DNA of 64,000 nucleotides from an uncultured cyanobacterium (GTDB lineage Bacteria; Cyanobacteriota; Cyanobacteriia; Leptolyngbyales; Leptolyngbyaceae): the NCBI GenBank assembly GCA_963766075.1, contig CAVYAN010000026.1, positions 30,117 to 94,116 of the forward strand. Direction: 5' to 3'. Below the pieces are notes generated by a model. It searched no databases. It was not told the origin of the DNA and saw nothing but the letters and a program-made list of their open reading frames with translations. Positions 31,713 through 41,890 of the stretch are shown one piece after another. The first letter of the stretch is position 1. Each line of letters starts with the position of its first letter. Made by a program: the position numbers and the translations under genes.

Positions 31713-32351
31713 TCATCGCCCCAGATCGTGCAGATCGTGAATCGCAGCGGCACACTGTTGAGTCACGGCTTCTAAGGCCGCGCGATCGCCCTCGGGTGGC
31801 GGCGCAATCACATCCCCAATCCGAATTGTCAACGGCACCCGCTGTGGCCATATTGACCCCTTCCGGAAAATTTTGTCCGTACCCCATAGGCTAACCGGCA
31901 GCAGTGGTGCTTGCGCCTTAGCCGCAATCCAGGCCGCCCCCAGCTTTGGATCCGTCACCCGGCCATCCGGCGTGCGGGTACCCGTGATAAAGACGCCCAC
32001 GGCCCAGTTTTTTTCTAGGCTGGTCGTTGCGGCTCGCATGGCGCTGCAATCGGCGGCTCCCCGCTTAACGGGATAAGCCCCGTAGAGCTGAATCGCTGGC
32101 CCTAAAACGGGCACCCGAAACAATTCTTCCTTCGCCATATAGGCGACCGGTCGCCGCACACACGCAGACAAAATCGGTGGGTCAAAATCGCTGGCATGGT
32201 TGCTGACCACAACCAAGGGACCCGCTTGGGGCACCCGTTCCGCGCCATAGATCCGGCCCCGAAAATAACCGTGTAGCACCGGACTTACCACCGACCATTT
32301 GAATAGGTGATACAGCCCCAGACTAACGACAGGTTCACGGTTTCGACTCAT
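31713..32351 (-). CDS. plsC: 1-acyl-sn-glycerol-3-phosphate acyltransferase
   Basis: NHASDFD, GTRT motifs; last gene of the plsX-fabH-fabD operon. Confidence 0.92.
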   Translation of the reverse strand: MSRNREPVVSLGLYHLFKWSVVSPVLHGYFRGRIYGAERVPQAGPLVVVSNHASDFDPPILSACVRRPVAYMAKEELFRVPVLGPAIQLYGAYPVKRGAADCSAMRAATTSLEKNWAVGVFITGTRTPDGRVTDPKLGAAWIAAKAQAPLLPVSLWGTDKIFRKGSIWPQRVPLTIRIGDVIAPPPEGDRAALEAVTQQCAAAIHDLHDLGR

Positions 32352-33238
32352 GCTAACTCCGCCACTGGCAACTCCGCCACATTGCCCACAGCCTCGAGCT
32401 TCAGCGTCGGACAGGTGCGCTTGATAATGCCGATTAACACTTTTCCCGGCCCCACTTCCACCACTCGCTCGACGGACAATTCCGGCAACTGGAGTGAGAT
32501 TTCGCGCCAGCGCACGGTACCGGTCATTTGGCGACGCAGGCGGTCTTTCAGGATTGCCCCGTCGATACTAGGAACCGGATCGACATTGGAAAGCACCGGA
32601 ACCTGCGCCGTGTTAAATGCGATCGCCGCCAAATCCTGCTCAAATTCCGCCGCCGCCGTCGCCATCAACGGGGAATGGAAGGCTCCACTCACATTCAGTT
32701 TCACCGCCCGCTTGCACTTGACCTGCCCCAGAAGCGCCTCCACTGCCGCTGGCGTGCCCGACACTACCACCTGTCCAGCATTGTTATCATTGGCCAACAC
32801 CACATCAGTAATCTGCTGTAACTGTTGCTCCAACTGCTCTCGGTCAAAACCCAACAGGGCAGCCATCATGCCATCCGCCGCGCCAGCCATTAATTGAGAT
32901 CGCCGCTGCATCAATCGCAGGCCGTCAGCAAACCCAAACACGCCTGCCGCATACAGCGCGGCATACTCCCCTAAACTATGTCCCGCCACAAAATCCGGAG
33001 ATTGTCCCCTAGCCCGCAACAAATCCGCCAGCGCGGTTTCCACCACATACAGGCAAGGCTGGGTATACAGCGTCTGAGACAGCTTATCCTCTGGATCCTG
33101 GCAAATTGCCGCCACCGACCAGCCCAAAATTTCATCCGCCTGCTCAAACTTCTGCCTCGCCTCGGGGATGTCCAGCAGATCCGCCGCCATGCCCACCGCT
33201 TGGGACCCTTGCCCCGGAAACACCCATGCTGTTTTCAT
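32348..33238 (-). CDS. fabD: ACP S-malonyltransferase
   Basis: FPGQGSQ, GHSLGE, AFHS. Confidence 0.97.
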   Translation of the reverse strand: MKTAWVFPGQGSQAVGMAADLLDIPEARQKFEQADEILGWSVAAICQDPEDKLSQTLYTQPCLYVVETALADLLRARGQSPDFVAGHSLGEYAALYAAGVFGFADGLRLMQRRSQLMAGAADGMMAALLGFDREQLEQQLQQITDVVLANDNNAGQVVVSGTPAAVEALLGQVKCKRAVKLNVSGAFHSPLMATAAAEFEQDLAAIAFNTAQVPVLSNVDPVPSIDGAILKDRLRRQMTGTVRWREISLQLPELSVERVVEVGPGKVLIGIIKRTCPTLKLEAVGNVAELPVAELA

Positions 33239-33432
33239 CGATCGCCCATCACCCTTTCAGGACACACAACTTTCCCAATCTCGCAGTCTTCCCCATCCCA
33301 CAGTCTTCCCTAACCGACTGTGCAAAAACTGAGAGTGCAAAGACTTAGATCCGAGACTTAGGATTGTAAGGGAATTCGGGAGCGATTCATCAATTCATCA
33401 AAAATCCTCACGCCCCGGAGACTCGTTCCCCC

Positions 33433-34432
33433 CTATCTACCCCATTGGAAAATCGCCGCCCCCCAGGTTAACCCCGCCCCAAAGCCCGCTGCCGCGATGG
33501 TATCGCCCGCTTGCACCTGTCCGGCCCGCACATACTCATCCAATGCAATCGGGATGGAGGCCGCTGACGTGTTTCCGTATCGGGCCAGATTGCTGATAAT
33601 CTTTTGCTCGGGGATATGCAGGCGATCGCCCACCGCCGCCAAAATTCGTTGATTGGCCTGATGCAACAACAGCCAGTCAATGCTTTCAGAAGTCAAACTA
33701 GCGCGATGCAGCGCCTTTTCAATCACCTCGGGCACCTTGCGTACCGCAAACCGATACACTTCCTGACCGTTCATCGTAATCGGGTTGAATCCGCCCTGCC
33801 CTAGGGTTACCCCCGGCAACAGTTCCTGAGGACTGAGTGCTGGACTCCAAATTCAAAAACTCATTCTGACTGCCGTCAGTGCGCAATTCAAAGCCCAACA
33901 GGCGATCGCTGGCATTCGCTTGCAGCACCACCGCCCCCGCTCCATCACCAAATAGAATGCAGGTTCGGCGATCGTCCCAGTCCACCCAGCGCGATAGCAC
34001 ATCGCCCCCAATCAGCAGCACGGTTTTATATGTCCCCGTCCGAATAAACTGGGCCGCCGTCACCAAGCCAAACACAAAACCGGAACAAGCCGCCGTCACG
34101 TCAAAAGCCACGGCCTGCGATGCCCCGATCGCCGCCTGAATCCGACTCGCTGTACCAAACAAATCATCAGGCGTAGAGGTCGCCAAAATAATCAAGTCTA
34201 CTTCCGTGGGCGCAACCCCCGCCATTTCAAGGGCCGCCACCGCCGCCTTGGTTGCGATCACCGCCAAGGACTCTTCCGGCTGGGCAATCCGGCGCTCACG
34301 AATCCCGGTGCGCGAGGTGATCCACTCGTCCGATGTTTCCACCCGCTGACTCAGCGCCTCATTCGTCAACACGGTAGTGGGCACTGCGGAGCCACACCCC
34401 GTCATCGCCATCCCGACCCCAAATTGTTCCAA
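33433..34432 (-). CDS. fabH: Beta-ketoacyl-ACP synthase III, with an apparent frameshift near 33830-33850
   Basis: AACSGF and FGDGAGA in ORF 33719..34459; HQAN and GNTSAAS in ORF 33433..33819. Confidence 0.92.
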
Positions 34433-34515
34433 AGCAAACCCCCAATCCCACAGGATCAATCATCATCTGCCCGAGCGATCGCCGACCCCGGACGATCACG
34501 GGATTCATCCCAGCA

Positions 34516-35568
34516 CTAGCCCTGGGATGGCTCACGGTTGGCGATCGCCGCCTCCGTCTCCCCCGCCCGATAATTCGACCGAATCCGGTCTAAGACCTGA
34601 TTATCGATGGCATCCTTCGCCAACCGAATCGCATTAAACATACTGGGAGCCTGGGAACTGCCATGACTAATAATGCACACCCCAGCCACCCCCAACAGCA
34701 AGCCACCGCCATGCTCCGCGTGATCCACCCGCTGCTTAATCCGCGTCAGGTTCGGCTTCAGCACCGACACCCCCAACTTGCCATGCAGCCCGCGCGGCAG
34801 TTCCTCCCGCAAAATTTGCAGCAGTACGCCCCCCACGGCCTCAGCAAACTTCAGCAAAATGTTGCCGACAAAGCCATCACAGACAATCACGTCAAAATTC
34901 CCCGTCAGGACATCCCGACCCTCGGCATTACCGATAAACGCCAACTGGGAATTGTCCCGCAGCAACTCATGGGTCCGCAGCGCCAGTTCATTCCCCTTAC
35001 AGTCTTCCTCGCCAATGTTCAGCAAGCCAATCTTCGGCTCCGTCACCCCTAGCACATACTGGGAATAGATACTGCCCATGTAGGCAAATTGTTCCAGGTA
35101 TTTGGGCCGACAATCGACATTGGCCCCCACGTCCAAAATAATCACCGATTTTCCAGGCATCATCGTCGGCAACACCGCCCCAATTGCCGGACGGTCAATC
35201 CCCGGCAACCGACCCAAGCGCAGCAGAGCAGCGGCCATGGCCGCTCCCGAATGCCCCGCGGATACCACCGCATCTGCCCGCTGATGCTTGACCAAATTCA
35301 TCGCCACGTTAATCGAAGCCTTGGGCTTACGCCGCAGGGCACTCAGCGGCTCCTCTTCCATTTCAATCGTGCCCTCGGCGGGAACAATCTCAATTTGCGC
35401 CGCATGCGCTTGGTGAGGCATACAGGCTCGGATCTGCTCCGGATCGCCGACCAGCAACACTTCCACCCCTAATTCTTCCCGTGCCCGGAGCGCTCCGGCA
35501 ACAATCTCGGCGGGGGCATGATCTCCCCCCATCGCATCAATTGCAATCCGTGCGTGCGTTGATCCCAT
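34516..35568 (-). CDS. plsX: Phosphate acyltransferase PlsX
   Basis: DAMGGDHAP, LDVGANVD, NIGEE..KG, SHGSS. Confidence 0.97.
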   Translation of the reverse strand: MGSTHARIAIDAMGGDHAPAEIVAGALRAREELGVEVLLVGDPEQIRACMPHQAHAAQIEIVPAEGTIEMEEEPLSALRRKPKASINVAMNLVKHQRADAVVSAGHSGAAMAAALLRLGRLPGIDRPAIGAVLPTMMPGKSVIILDVGANVDCRPKYLEQFAYMGSIYSQYVLGVTEPKIGLLNIGEEDCKGNELALRTHELLRDNSQLAFIGNAEGRDVLTGNFDVIVCDGFVGNILLKFAEAVGGVLLQILREELPRGLHGKLGVSVLKPNLTRIKQRVDHAEHGGGLLLGVAGVCIISHGSSQAPSMFNAIRLAKDAIDNQVLDRIRSNYRAGETEAAIANREPSQG

Positions 35569-35837
35569 GTGGCCAAAACTTGTAGAAACCTTAAGAATTT
35601 TAGCTCAAAAACCGTTCATCTCATCGTTTTCTCTTGTAACCCGTATTTGCCCAGCCCCCCAGCCCATCCCAGCAGCACGATCATGCCCTTGATTTTTCTA
35701 GGTCAGGCTCTTGAATTTAGACGTCCAAAACCGGGAATACCCGCAAAACCAGCCAGCTCTCCCTGGGTACCCTGGCATCAACCCCGTTCCCGCCCACCCT
35801 CTCTCCCGCTACGCGTTTACCCTCCGCCCTTCCCTCT

Positions 35838-37484
35838 ATGTCACTTCCACGCCACTTTATTCTTCTCACTCTAGGCTTAGTCGCTTGCCAGCCAAACCAT
35901 GCCAGCCCGGATCGCCCCCTGCCCCAGGACGATCGCATCCAGGTCTACATGAATCACACGGCCACTAGTCGCTACACCGAACCCTACCGGCAACAGACTC
36001 GTGCTGGCGATGACCTGGAAGCCAAAATTGTGGCGGCGATCGCCAGCGCCCAGTCCAGTATTGACCTGGCGGTCCAAGAACTACGCCTGCCCAAAATCGC
36101 CCAAGCCCTGGCTGAACGTCACCGCGCTGGCGTCAAAGTGCGGGTCATTCTGGAAAACACCTATGCCCGTCCCTACAGCAGCTTCAGCCCCACTGAAATC
36201 GCCCAACTGCCCCCTCGGGAACAGTCGCGTTTCCAGGAATTCCGTAGTTTAGTTGATCGCAATCGCAATGGCCAAATCACGCCCACCGAAATCCAGCAAG
36301 GTGATGCCCTCGTCATCCTCGATCAGGCCCACGTGCCGCGCCTAGACGACACCGCCGACGGCTCCAAGGGCAGTAATCTGATGCACCACAAATTTCTGGT
36401 TGTGGATGGCGATCGCATCATCGTCACCTCCGCCAACTTCACCCCCAGCGACATCCACGGCGACTTCAAGTCCCCCGCCAGTCGCGGCAACGCCAATAAC
36501 CTCTTGAGCATCACCAGTCCTGAACTCGCGACCTATTTCACCCAGGAATTTGCCCTGATGTGGGGAGATGGACCCGGCGGTAGCCCCAACAGCAAATTCG
36601 GTGTCCAGAAACCCTTTCGTCCGGCTCAGACTGTGACTGTGGGAACATCCCAAGTCCAAGTCCAATTCTCCCCCAGCTCACAGGCGGTGCCCTGGCCCCA
36701 AAGCAGCAACGGCTTGATTGGGCGTACCCTCAACCTCGCCACAACCTCCGTCGATCTGGCGTTATTTGTCTTCTCCGATCAAGCCCTCGTCAACCAGTTG
36801 AGTCGGGTCCACCAGCTCAGCACCCGAATTCGCGCCCTCATTCATCCCGAATTTGCCTACCGTCCCTACAGTGAAGCGCTCGACATGCTGGGCGTTAGCC
36901 TGACCCCCAATTGTCAACCCGAACCGGATAATCGCCCTTGGCAGCCACCTTTGACGACTGTCGGCGTGCCTCGCCTTATCTCGGGTGATATGCTACACCA
37001 CAAATTTGGGATTGTGGACCAGCAGACTGTCATTACCGGCTCCCATAATTGGAGTGCCGCCGCCAATACCGGCAATGATGAAGTGCTTCTTATTGTGTCC
37101 AATCGCACAGTTGCGGCCCACTTTCAGCAGGAATTTGAACGACTCTATACCGATGCTATTTTGGGAGTACCCCCGGCCATCCGCAAAAAAATCGCGGCTC
37201 AACACCACTGTTCTCCCACCCCATCTCCCCAGCGCTCCTCGCCTCACGGGCCATCGCGGGCACTCAATCGCCCGGTCACTGATAAAGCCGAGGAACAAAA
37301 AGTAAACTTGAATACAGCCAGCCGGGCTGAATTAGAAAGCTTGCCAGGAATTGGCCCTGGATTAGCCACACGGATTATTGCCCAGCGTCAGCGTCAGCCG
37401 TTGCGATCGCTGTCTGACTTGGATGCCATACCGGGTGTCGGCGAAAAATTGCTAAACCAGCTTGCAGAACGGGTTTCTTGGTAA
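35838..37484 (+). CDS. comEA: Competence protein: phospholipase D-like nuclease domains fused to ComEA helix-hairpin-helix
   Basis: Lipobox LVAC, two HxK(x4)D motifs (MHHKFLVVD, LHHKFGIVD), C-terminal VNLNTAS...LPGIG...IPGVG. Confidence 0.85.
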   Translation: MSLPRHFILLTLGLVACQPNHASPDRPLPQDDRIQVYMNHTATSRYTEPYRQQTRAGDDLEAKIVAAIASAQSSIDLAVQELRLPKIAQALAERHRAGVKVRVILENTYARPYSSFSPTEIAQLPPREQSRFQEFRSLVDRNRNGQITPTEIQQGDALVILDQAHVPRLDDTADGSKGSNLMHHKFLVVDGDRIIVTSANFTPSDIHGDFKSPASRGNANNLLSITSPELATYFTQEFALMWGDGPGGSPNSKFGVQKPFRPAQTVTVGTSQVQVQFSPSSQAVPWPQSSNGLIGRTLNLATTSVDLALFVFSDQALVNQLSRVHQLSTRIRALIHPEFAYRPYSEALDMLGVSLTPNCQPEPDNRPWQPPLTTVGVPRLISGDMLHHKFGIVDQQTVITGSHNWSAAANTGNDEVLLIVSNRTVAAHFQQEFERLYTDAILGVPPAIRKKIAAQHHCSPTPSPQRSSPHGPSRALNRPVTDKAEEQKVNLNTASRAELESLPGIGPGLATRIIAQRQRQPLRSLSDLDAIPGVGEKLLNQLAERVSW

Positions 37485-37603
37485 AGGCGGGTGCCCCCCC
37501 CCACCCGGCGTCCGGGCACGCCTTGGCGTTGTTCGGCCAGCACAGGCACAGCAGCCGAAAGGAGAAGAAGCAAAACAGAACTCGTGATTGCAACCTGGCG
37601 CAT
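37394..37603 (-). CDS. Putative small secreted peptide with PGRRVGGGTR motif
   Basis: Signal peptide ending VLA followed by the DUF928-associated motif; 3' end overlaps comEA. Confidence 0.5.
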   Translation of the reverse strand: MRQVAITSSVLLLLLSAAVPVLAEQRQGVPGRRVGGGTRLYQETRSASWFSNFSPTPGMASKSDSDRNG

Positions 37604-38093
37604 AGAAAATATTACGGGTAGACGTCCTGGAACTACTTGTTAAATATCCATTTTGGGGCGGTATCAACTATCGTTAAATCACTTAATTCAAAAGACTTGG
37701 AGATCGGCTGCAAACCTATGGATCTCACTTTCATATATAGAGTGTCACACTATCTGTAGTGTAAAACATCCGCGCCATCCGGGATAAATTTACCGCCCTA
37801 AACTGCTTGTAAGGCCGAGCCCGTAATCCCCATCCCCAAAAGGGTTTCACAATTGTGCCAGTTCGCCGAATCCGGAAATAGTTCAAAACTATAGGATAAC
37901 TATATATAAGCTTCATCAAAAATTTACCTAGATGCAGTCAAAATCACGGACTACCCCCGGTATTTGCGCCTAAGTAACTCCACGCAGATTCCCCAAAATC
38001 TCTCTCGCAAGGAGACAACTTTTCGAGACCCCGGATTCCCCATCGACTTGCTATCCTGTAAACACGTCAACTGCCCCTTCACCCTGACACTTC

Positions 38094-39290
38094 ATGACTC
38101 ACACTTCTCCCCGCATCTGCATTTTGGGTGGTGGCTTTGGCGGGCTGTATACCGCACTGCGGCTCAGCCAACTGCCTTGGACGACGCCAGAAAAGCCCGA
38201 AATTTATTTGGTGGATCAAAGCGATCGCTTCTTGTTTGCCCCCCTCCTCTACGAACTGATGACAGGGGAACTGCAAGCCTGGGAGATTGCGCCCCCGTTC
38301 TCGGAACTGTTAGCAGGCACCGGCATCCAATTTGTTCAGGGAACAGTAGCCCAGATTGATGTGGCCAGCCGCAGCGTCACCTTGCAGCATGGGCAAATGT
38401 TAACCTGCGATCGCCTGGTACTTGCTTTAGGCGGTGAAACGCCGCTGGATCGGGTACCTGGGTCTGCCGACCATGCTTTACCCTTTCGCACAATTCAAGA
38501 TGCCTATCACCTAGAAGAGCGGCTGCGCCAGTTGGAAACGAGCCATCCCGATAAAGTCCGAATTGCCATCATTGGTGGGGGCTATTCGGGGGTTGAACTG
38601 GCGTGCAAACTGGCGGATCGCTTGGGCGATCGGGGCCGCATTCGCCTCGTCGAGCAGAGCGACAAAATCCTCAGAAACTCCCCGGATTTCAATCGCGAAG
38701 CCGCCACTAAAGCGCTGGAACAGCGTGGCGTATGGCTGGATTTAGACACCGCCGTGGAACACGTCAGTGCGGACACCCTCGATCTGAACTACAAAGGCTC
38801 CATAGACTCTATTCCTGTGGAAGTAGTGATCTGGACCGTGGGTACACGGGTGGTAGAAGTGGTGAAATCGCTGCCCCTGCCCCACAGCGATCGCGGGCAA
38901 CTGCAAATCACCCCAACCCTACAAGTCGTCGATCATCCTCAAATTTTTGCCCTTGGGGATTTAGCTATTGGACAGGACGCCGATGGCAAATCTGTGCCCA
39001 CTACTGCACAGTCTGCTTTTCAGCAGGCTGAATATGCCGGATGGAATATTTGGGCATCGTTCCATGACCGTCCGCTTCTGCCCTTTCGCTACGTCCATTT
39101 GGGCGAAATGATGACCCTAGGCACTCACAATGCCACCCTCACCGGACTCGGACTCCAGCTAGACGGTCCCCTCGCCTCCCTGGCCCGACGGGTGGCCTAT
39201 CTCTATCGCATGCCTACCTTTGATCACCAACTGCGCGTCGGCCTCAGTTGGATTACTCAGCCTCTAGTATCGTTTTTTACCCATGAATAA
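38094..39290 (+). CDS. Type II NAD(P)H dehydrogenase (NdbB/NDC1-like)
   Basis: Two Rossmann motifs ILGGGFGG and IIGGGYSGVE; FALGD; TAQSAFQQA. Confidence 0.9.
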   Translation: MTHTSPRICILGGGFGGLYTALRLSQLPWTTPEKPEIYLVDQSDRFLFAPLLYELMTGELQAWEIAPPFSELLAGTGIQFVQGTVAQIDVASRSVTLQHGQMLTCDRLVLALGGETPLDRVPGSADHALPFRTIQDAYHLEERLRQLETSHPDKVRIAIIGGGYSGVELACKLADRLGDRGRIRLVEQSDKILRNSPDFNREAATKALEQRGVWLDLDTAVEHVSADTLDLNYKGSIDSIPVEVVIWTVGTRVVEVVKSLPLPHSDRGQLQITPTLQVVDHPQIFALGDLAIGQDADGKSVPTTAQSAFQQAEYAGWNIWASFHDRPLLPFRYVHLGEMMTLGTHNATLTGLGLQLDGPLASLARRVAYLYRMPTFDHQLRVGLSWITQPLVSFFTHE

Positions 39291-39558
39291 TCAAGCTTAG
39301 GCGTGCGCCGTGCGCTTCACTCCGCGATTTGCCTCACGCTTTGATCCGGGTGGGGCTTCGTTTTGCTACTAAATCCGTACTTTCCCAATAGCCATGGGGG
39401 AGTTGTACTTCTAGTGTGGGAATACTCAGCTCACTAGCGTGCTGTCCCATGTAGGACGTTGTGGCAAACTTCCAGGTGGACCGAGAGTGTTCCGTCTGAT
39501 TGTTGGCCAGCGACTGCATGACTCATCGGTAACCATTTAATTTTTGAGGGCAGGCGAC

Positions 39559-40410
39559 ATGCGTGCGACTGAGCTCCTGAAACGTTACGAAGCAGGAGAA
39601 CGAGGATTTAACAAAATCAGTCTTTGGGGAATTAACCTGAGTCAGGCCCACCTGAAGGGCATTAGCCTCAGCCAAAGCGATCTGCGGGGGGCTAATTTGC
39701 GGGGGGCCTATTTGCGATCTGCCTGTCTGGAAGGGGCAAATCTGGCAGAAGTAGACCTCACGGGAGCAAATTTGGTGGGAGCGAATCTGATGGGAGCGAA
39801 TCTGATGGGGGCGAATCTAACCGAAGCGAAGCTCCCTGGGGTGAATTTAGAGCAGGCCAATCTCGTGCAGGCCATTTTGAATAAAGCCAATTTGGACGGC
39901 AGCGTGCTGAGCGCAGCGGATTTGTCGGGAGCACATTTGTGGGGAGCCAATTTGTGCGGCGCTAAATTACTCAATATCAATATGCAGGGAGCCAATCTGC
40001 GGGGAGCGTATATTTGTCAGGCTGTGTTCAGCGGTAATCTACGGGAAACTAACTTAAGCGGCGCTAACCTGGGCTGGACCATGCTGGCGGGAGTGGATCT
40101 ACGCGAGGCGATTTTGACGGACGCAGAACTGAATAGTGTGAATCTGGTGGGGGCGAAGCTCTGGGGGGCGAAGCTGCGAGGAGCGGATTTGCGGGGAGCA
40201 GATTTGACCGATGCAGATTTGACCGATGCCAACTTGAGTGAAGCCAATTTATCAATGGCCAAGCTGGGCGGCACAATTTTGACGCGGGCAACCCTGGCGG
40301 GAGCCAACCTCCGTGGTACGAGTCTGATTAGCACTAGCTTAATCGATGTAAATTTACTCGGTGCAGACCTCCGGGGGGTGACGCTACCTGTGAATTTCAT
40401 GGGTTCTTAA
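39559..40410 (+). CDS. Pentapeptide repeat protein
   Basis: LLKRYEAGER N-terminus followed by A(N/D)Lxx repeats. Confidence 0.93.
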   Translation: MRATELLKRYEAGERGFNKISLWGINLSQAHLKGISLSQSDLRGANLRGAYLRSACLEGANLAEVDLTGANLVGANLMGANLMGANLTEAKLPGVNLEQANLVQAILNKANLDGSVLSAADLSGAHLWGANLCGAKLLNINMQGANLRGAYICQAVFSGNLRETNLSGANLGWTMLAGVDLREAILTDAELNSVNLVGAKLWGAKLRGADLRGADLTDADLTDANLSEANLSMAKLGGTILTRATLAGANLRGTSLISTSLIDVNLLGADLRGVTLPVNFMGS

Positions 40411-40490
40411 ATGCCTTGATTGCCTGCTGGCCCCGTTATGACGGCGAGCAAGCGCATGATTTATCTGGCCCGTAATTTTAATGTAGAGGC

Positions 40491-41444
40491 TCATACCGGG
40501 ACGATCGCCGCTACTTGTCGCCTGGGAATCTCGTAGGTCCAAAAGTCAGAGGCAATCTCGGTATTCGGAAAAATCGATCGCGCCTCTGCCAAGAGATCCT
40601 TGACATCGACATCGTTGCCCACGGCATAGCGGGGGCTAAAGTGAGTCATGATCAAACAGCGCACCTGGGCAGCGAGAGCCACCTGGGCGGCCATAGTCGA
40701 GGTGGAATGCAGGCGCTGATAGGCCATCTCAGCCTCTTGGTGAGCAAAGGTGGCTTCGTGGATCAGCACATCCGCATCCTGGGAAAGGGCGATCGCGCTC
40801 TCACAAAACACCGTATCCGTGCAATACACCATGCTGCGGCCCAGTTGCGTTGGCCCACAGAGTTCTGCACCGTTTACCCGGCGGCCATCCGGCAGGGCAA
40901 TCACTTCACCCCGCTTCAGTCGTCCGTATAGCGGCCCAAAGGGAATACCCAAAGCAGCAGCGGCCTCTGCGTCAAAATGTCCGGGCCGATCCTTTTCCAT
41001 GACTCGGTAACCAAAAGCCGGGACACGATGCTTCAGCAAGTCGCACCGAACTGTAAATTGTTCGTCTTCAAACACAACACCGGGACGCACCGTGTGCACC
41101 TTAATCGGATAGGAAAAATGGGTTTGGGAATAGCGGCGACAGGCTTTTAAATACTCCTCCAAATCTGGCGGCCCATAGATATCGATCCGCTCGGCATTGC
41201 CCGCCAGCCCACAACTGGCCAGCAGGCCCATCAAGCCGAAAATGTGGTCGCCGTGCATGTGGGTGACAAAAATTCGGGAGAGTTGGCTAACCTTGAGGTC
41301 ACTGCGCAAAATTTGGTGCTGGGTGCCCTCACCGCAGTCAAATAGCCAAAATTCGGCGCGTTGAGGCAACCGCAGGGCCACGCTGGAAACGTTGCGCGAT
41401 CGCGTCGGCACACCGGAACTGGTTCCTAGAAAGGTAATCTGCAA
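40491..41444 (-). CDS. rnz: Ribonuclease Z
   Basis: [34 protein letters not shown]. Confidence 0.96.
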   Translation of the reverse strand: MQITFLGTSSGVPTRSRNVSSVALRLPQRAEFWLFDCGEGTQHQILRSDLKVSQLSRIFVTHMHGDHIFGLMGLLASCGLAGNAERIDIYGPPDLEEYLKACRRYSQTHFSYPIKVHTVRPGVVFEDEQFTVRCDLLKHRVPAFGYRVMEKDRPGHFDAEAAAALGIPFGPLYGRLKRGEVIALPDGRRVNGAELCGPTQLGRSMVYCTDTVFCESAIALSQDADVLIHEATFAHQEAEMAYQRLHSTSTMAAQVALAAQVRCLIMTHFSPRYAVGNDVDVKDLLAEARSIFPNTEIASDFWTYEIPRRQVAAIVPV

Positions 41445-41890
41445 AATTTCCCACCGTAATCTGTCCTGAAACTATCCTGACATAGGAGAAGTCAAAGAGG
41501 GAGAGTGCCCCAATTCCCCACCGACCCGATAAAATTTAATCAAAATTATGGAATTCATTGCTAACGGAGCTGACGACACTATTTAATCTGCTTTACAGAA
41601 ACTTGAAAATGCTGGATACGGGGTCGCAGCTTTTAATTTTTGATTCGCCAACGCTATCTATGCCTTGCTCAATCCTGTGAGCGTCGATCTTGTTTTCCCG
41701 TGTAGCCGCATTGCTGCAGCAGGATTCAAAAACTGGCTTATATTAGGCGACGGTGGGTAGGTGTCAAGGCAAGATTTCAGAACGGAATTATTTAGAGCAG
41801 AAAGCGTGGGTAAGAGAGGGGTAGCCGCTATAGGGGCTGAGTCAATCTAAGTTCAGTACATGACATCAATCTGAGAGGAAATTGCGAGCA

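Noticed and set aside
37394..37603. PatX/PatS heterocyst inhibitor
   Set aside because: Lacks the RGSGR pentapeptide; the motif is RRVGGGTR
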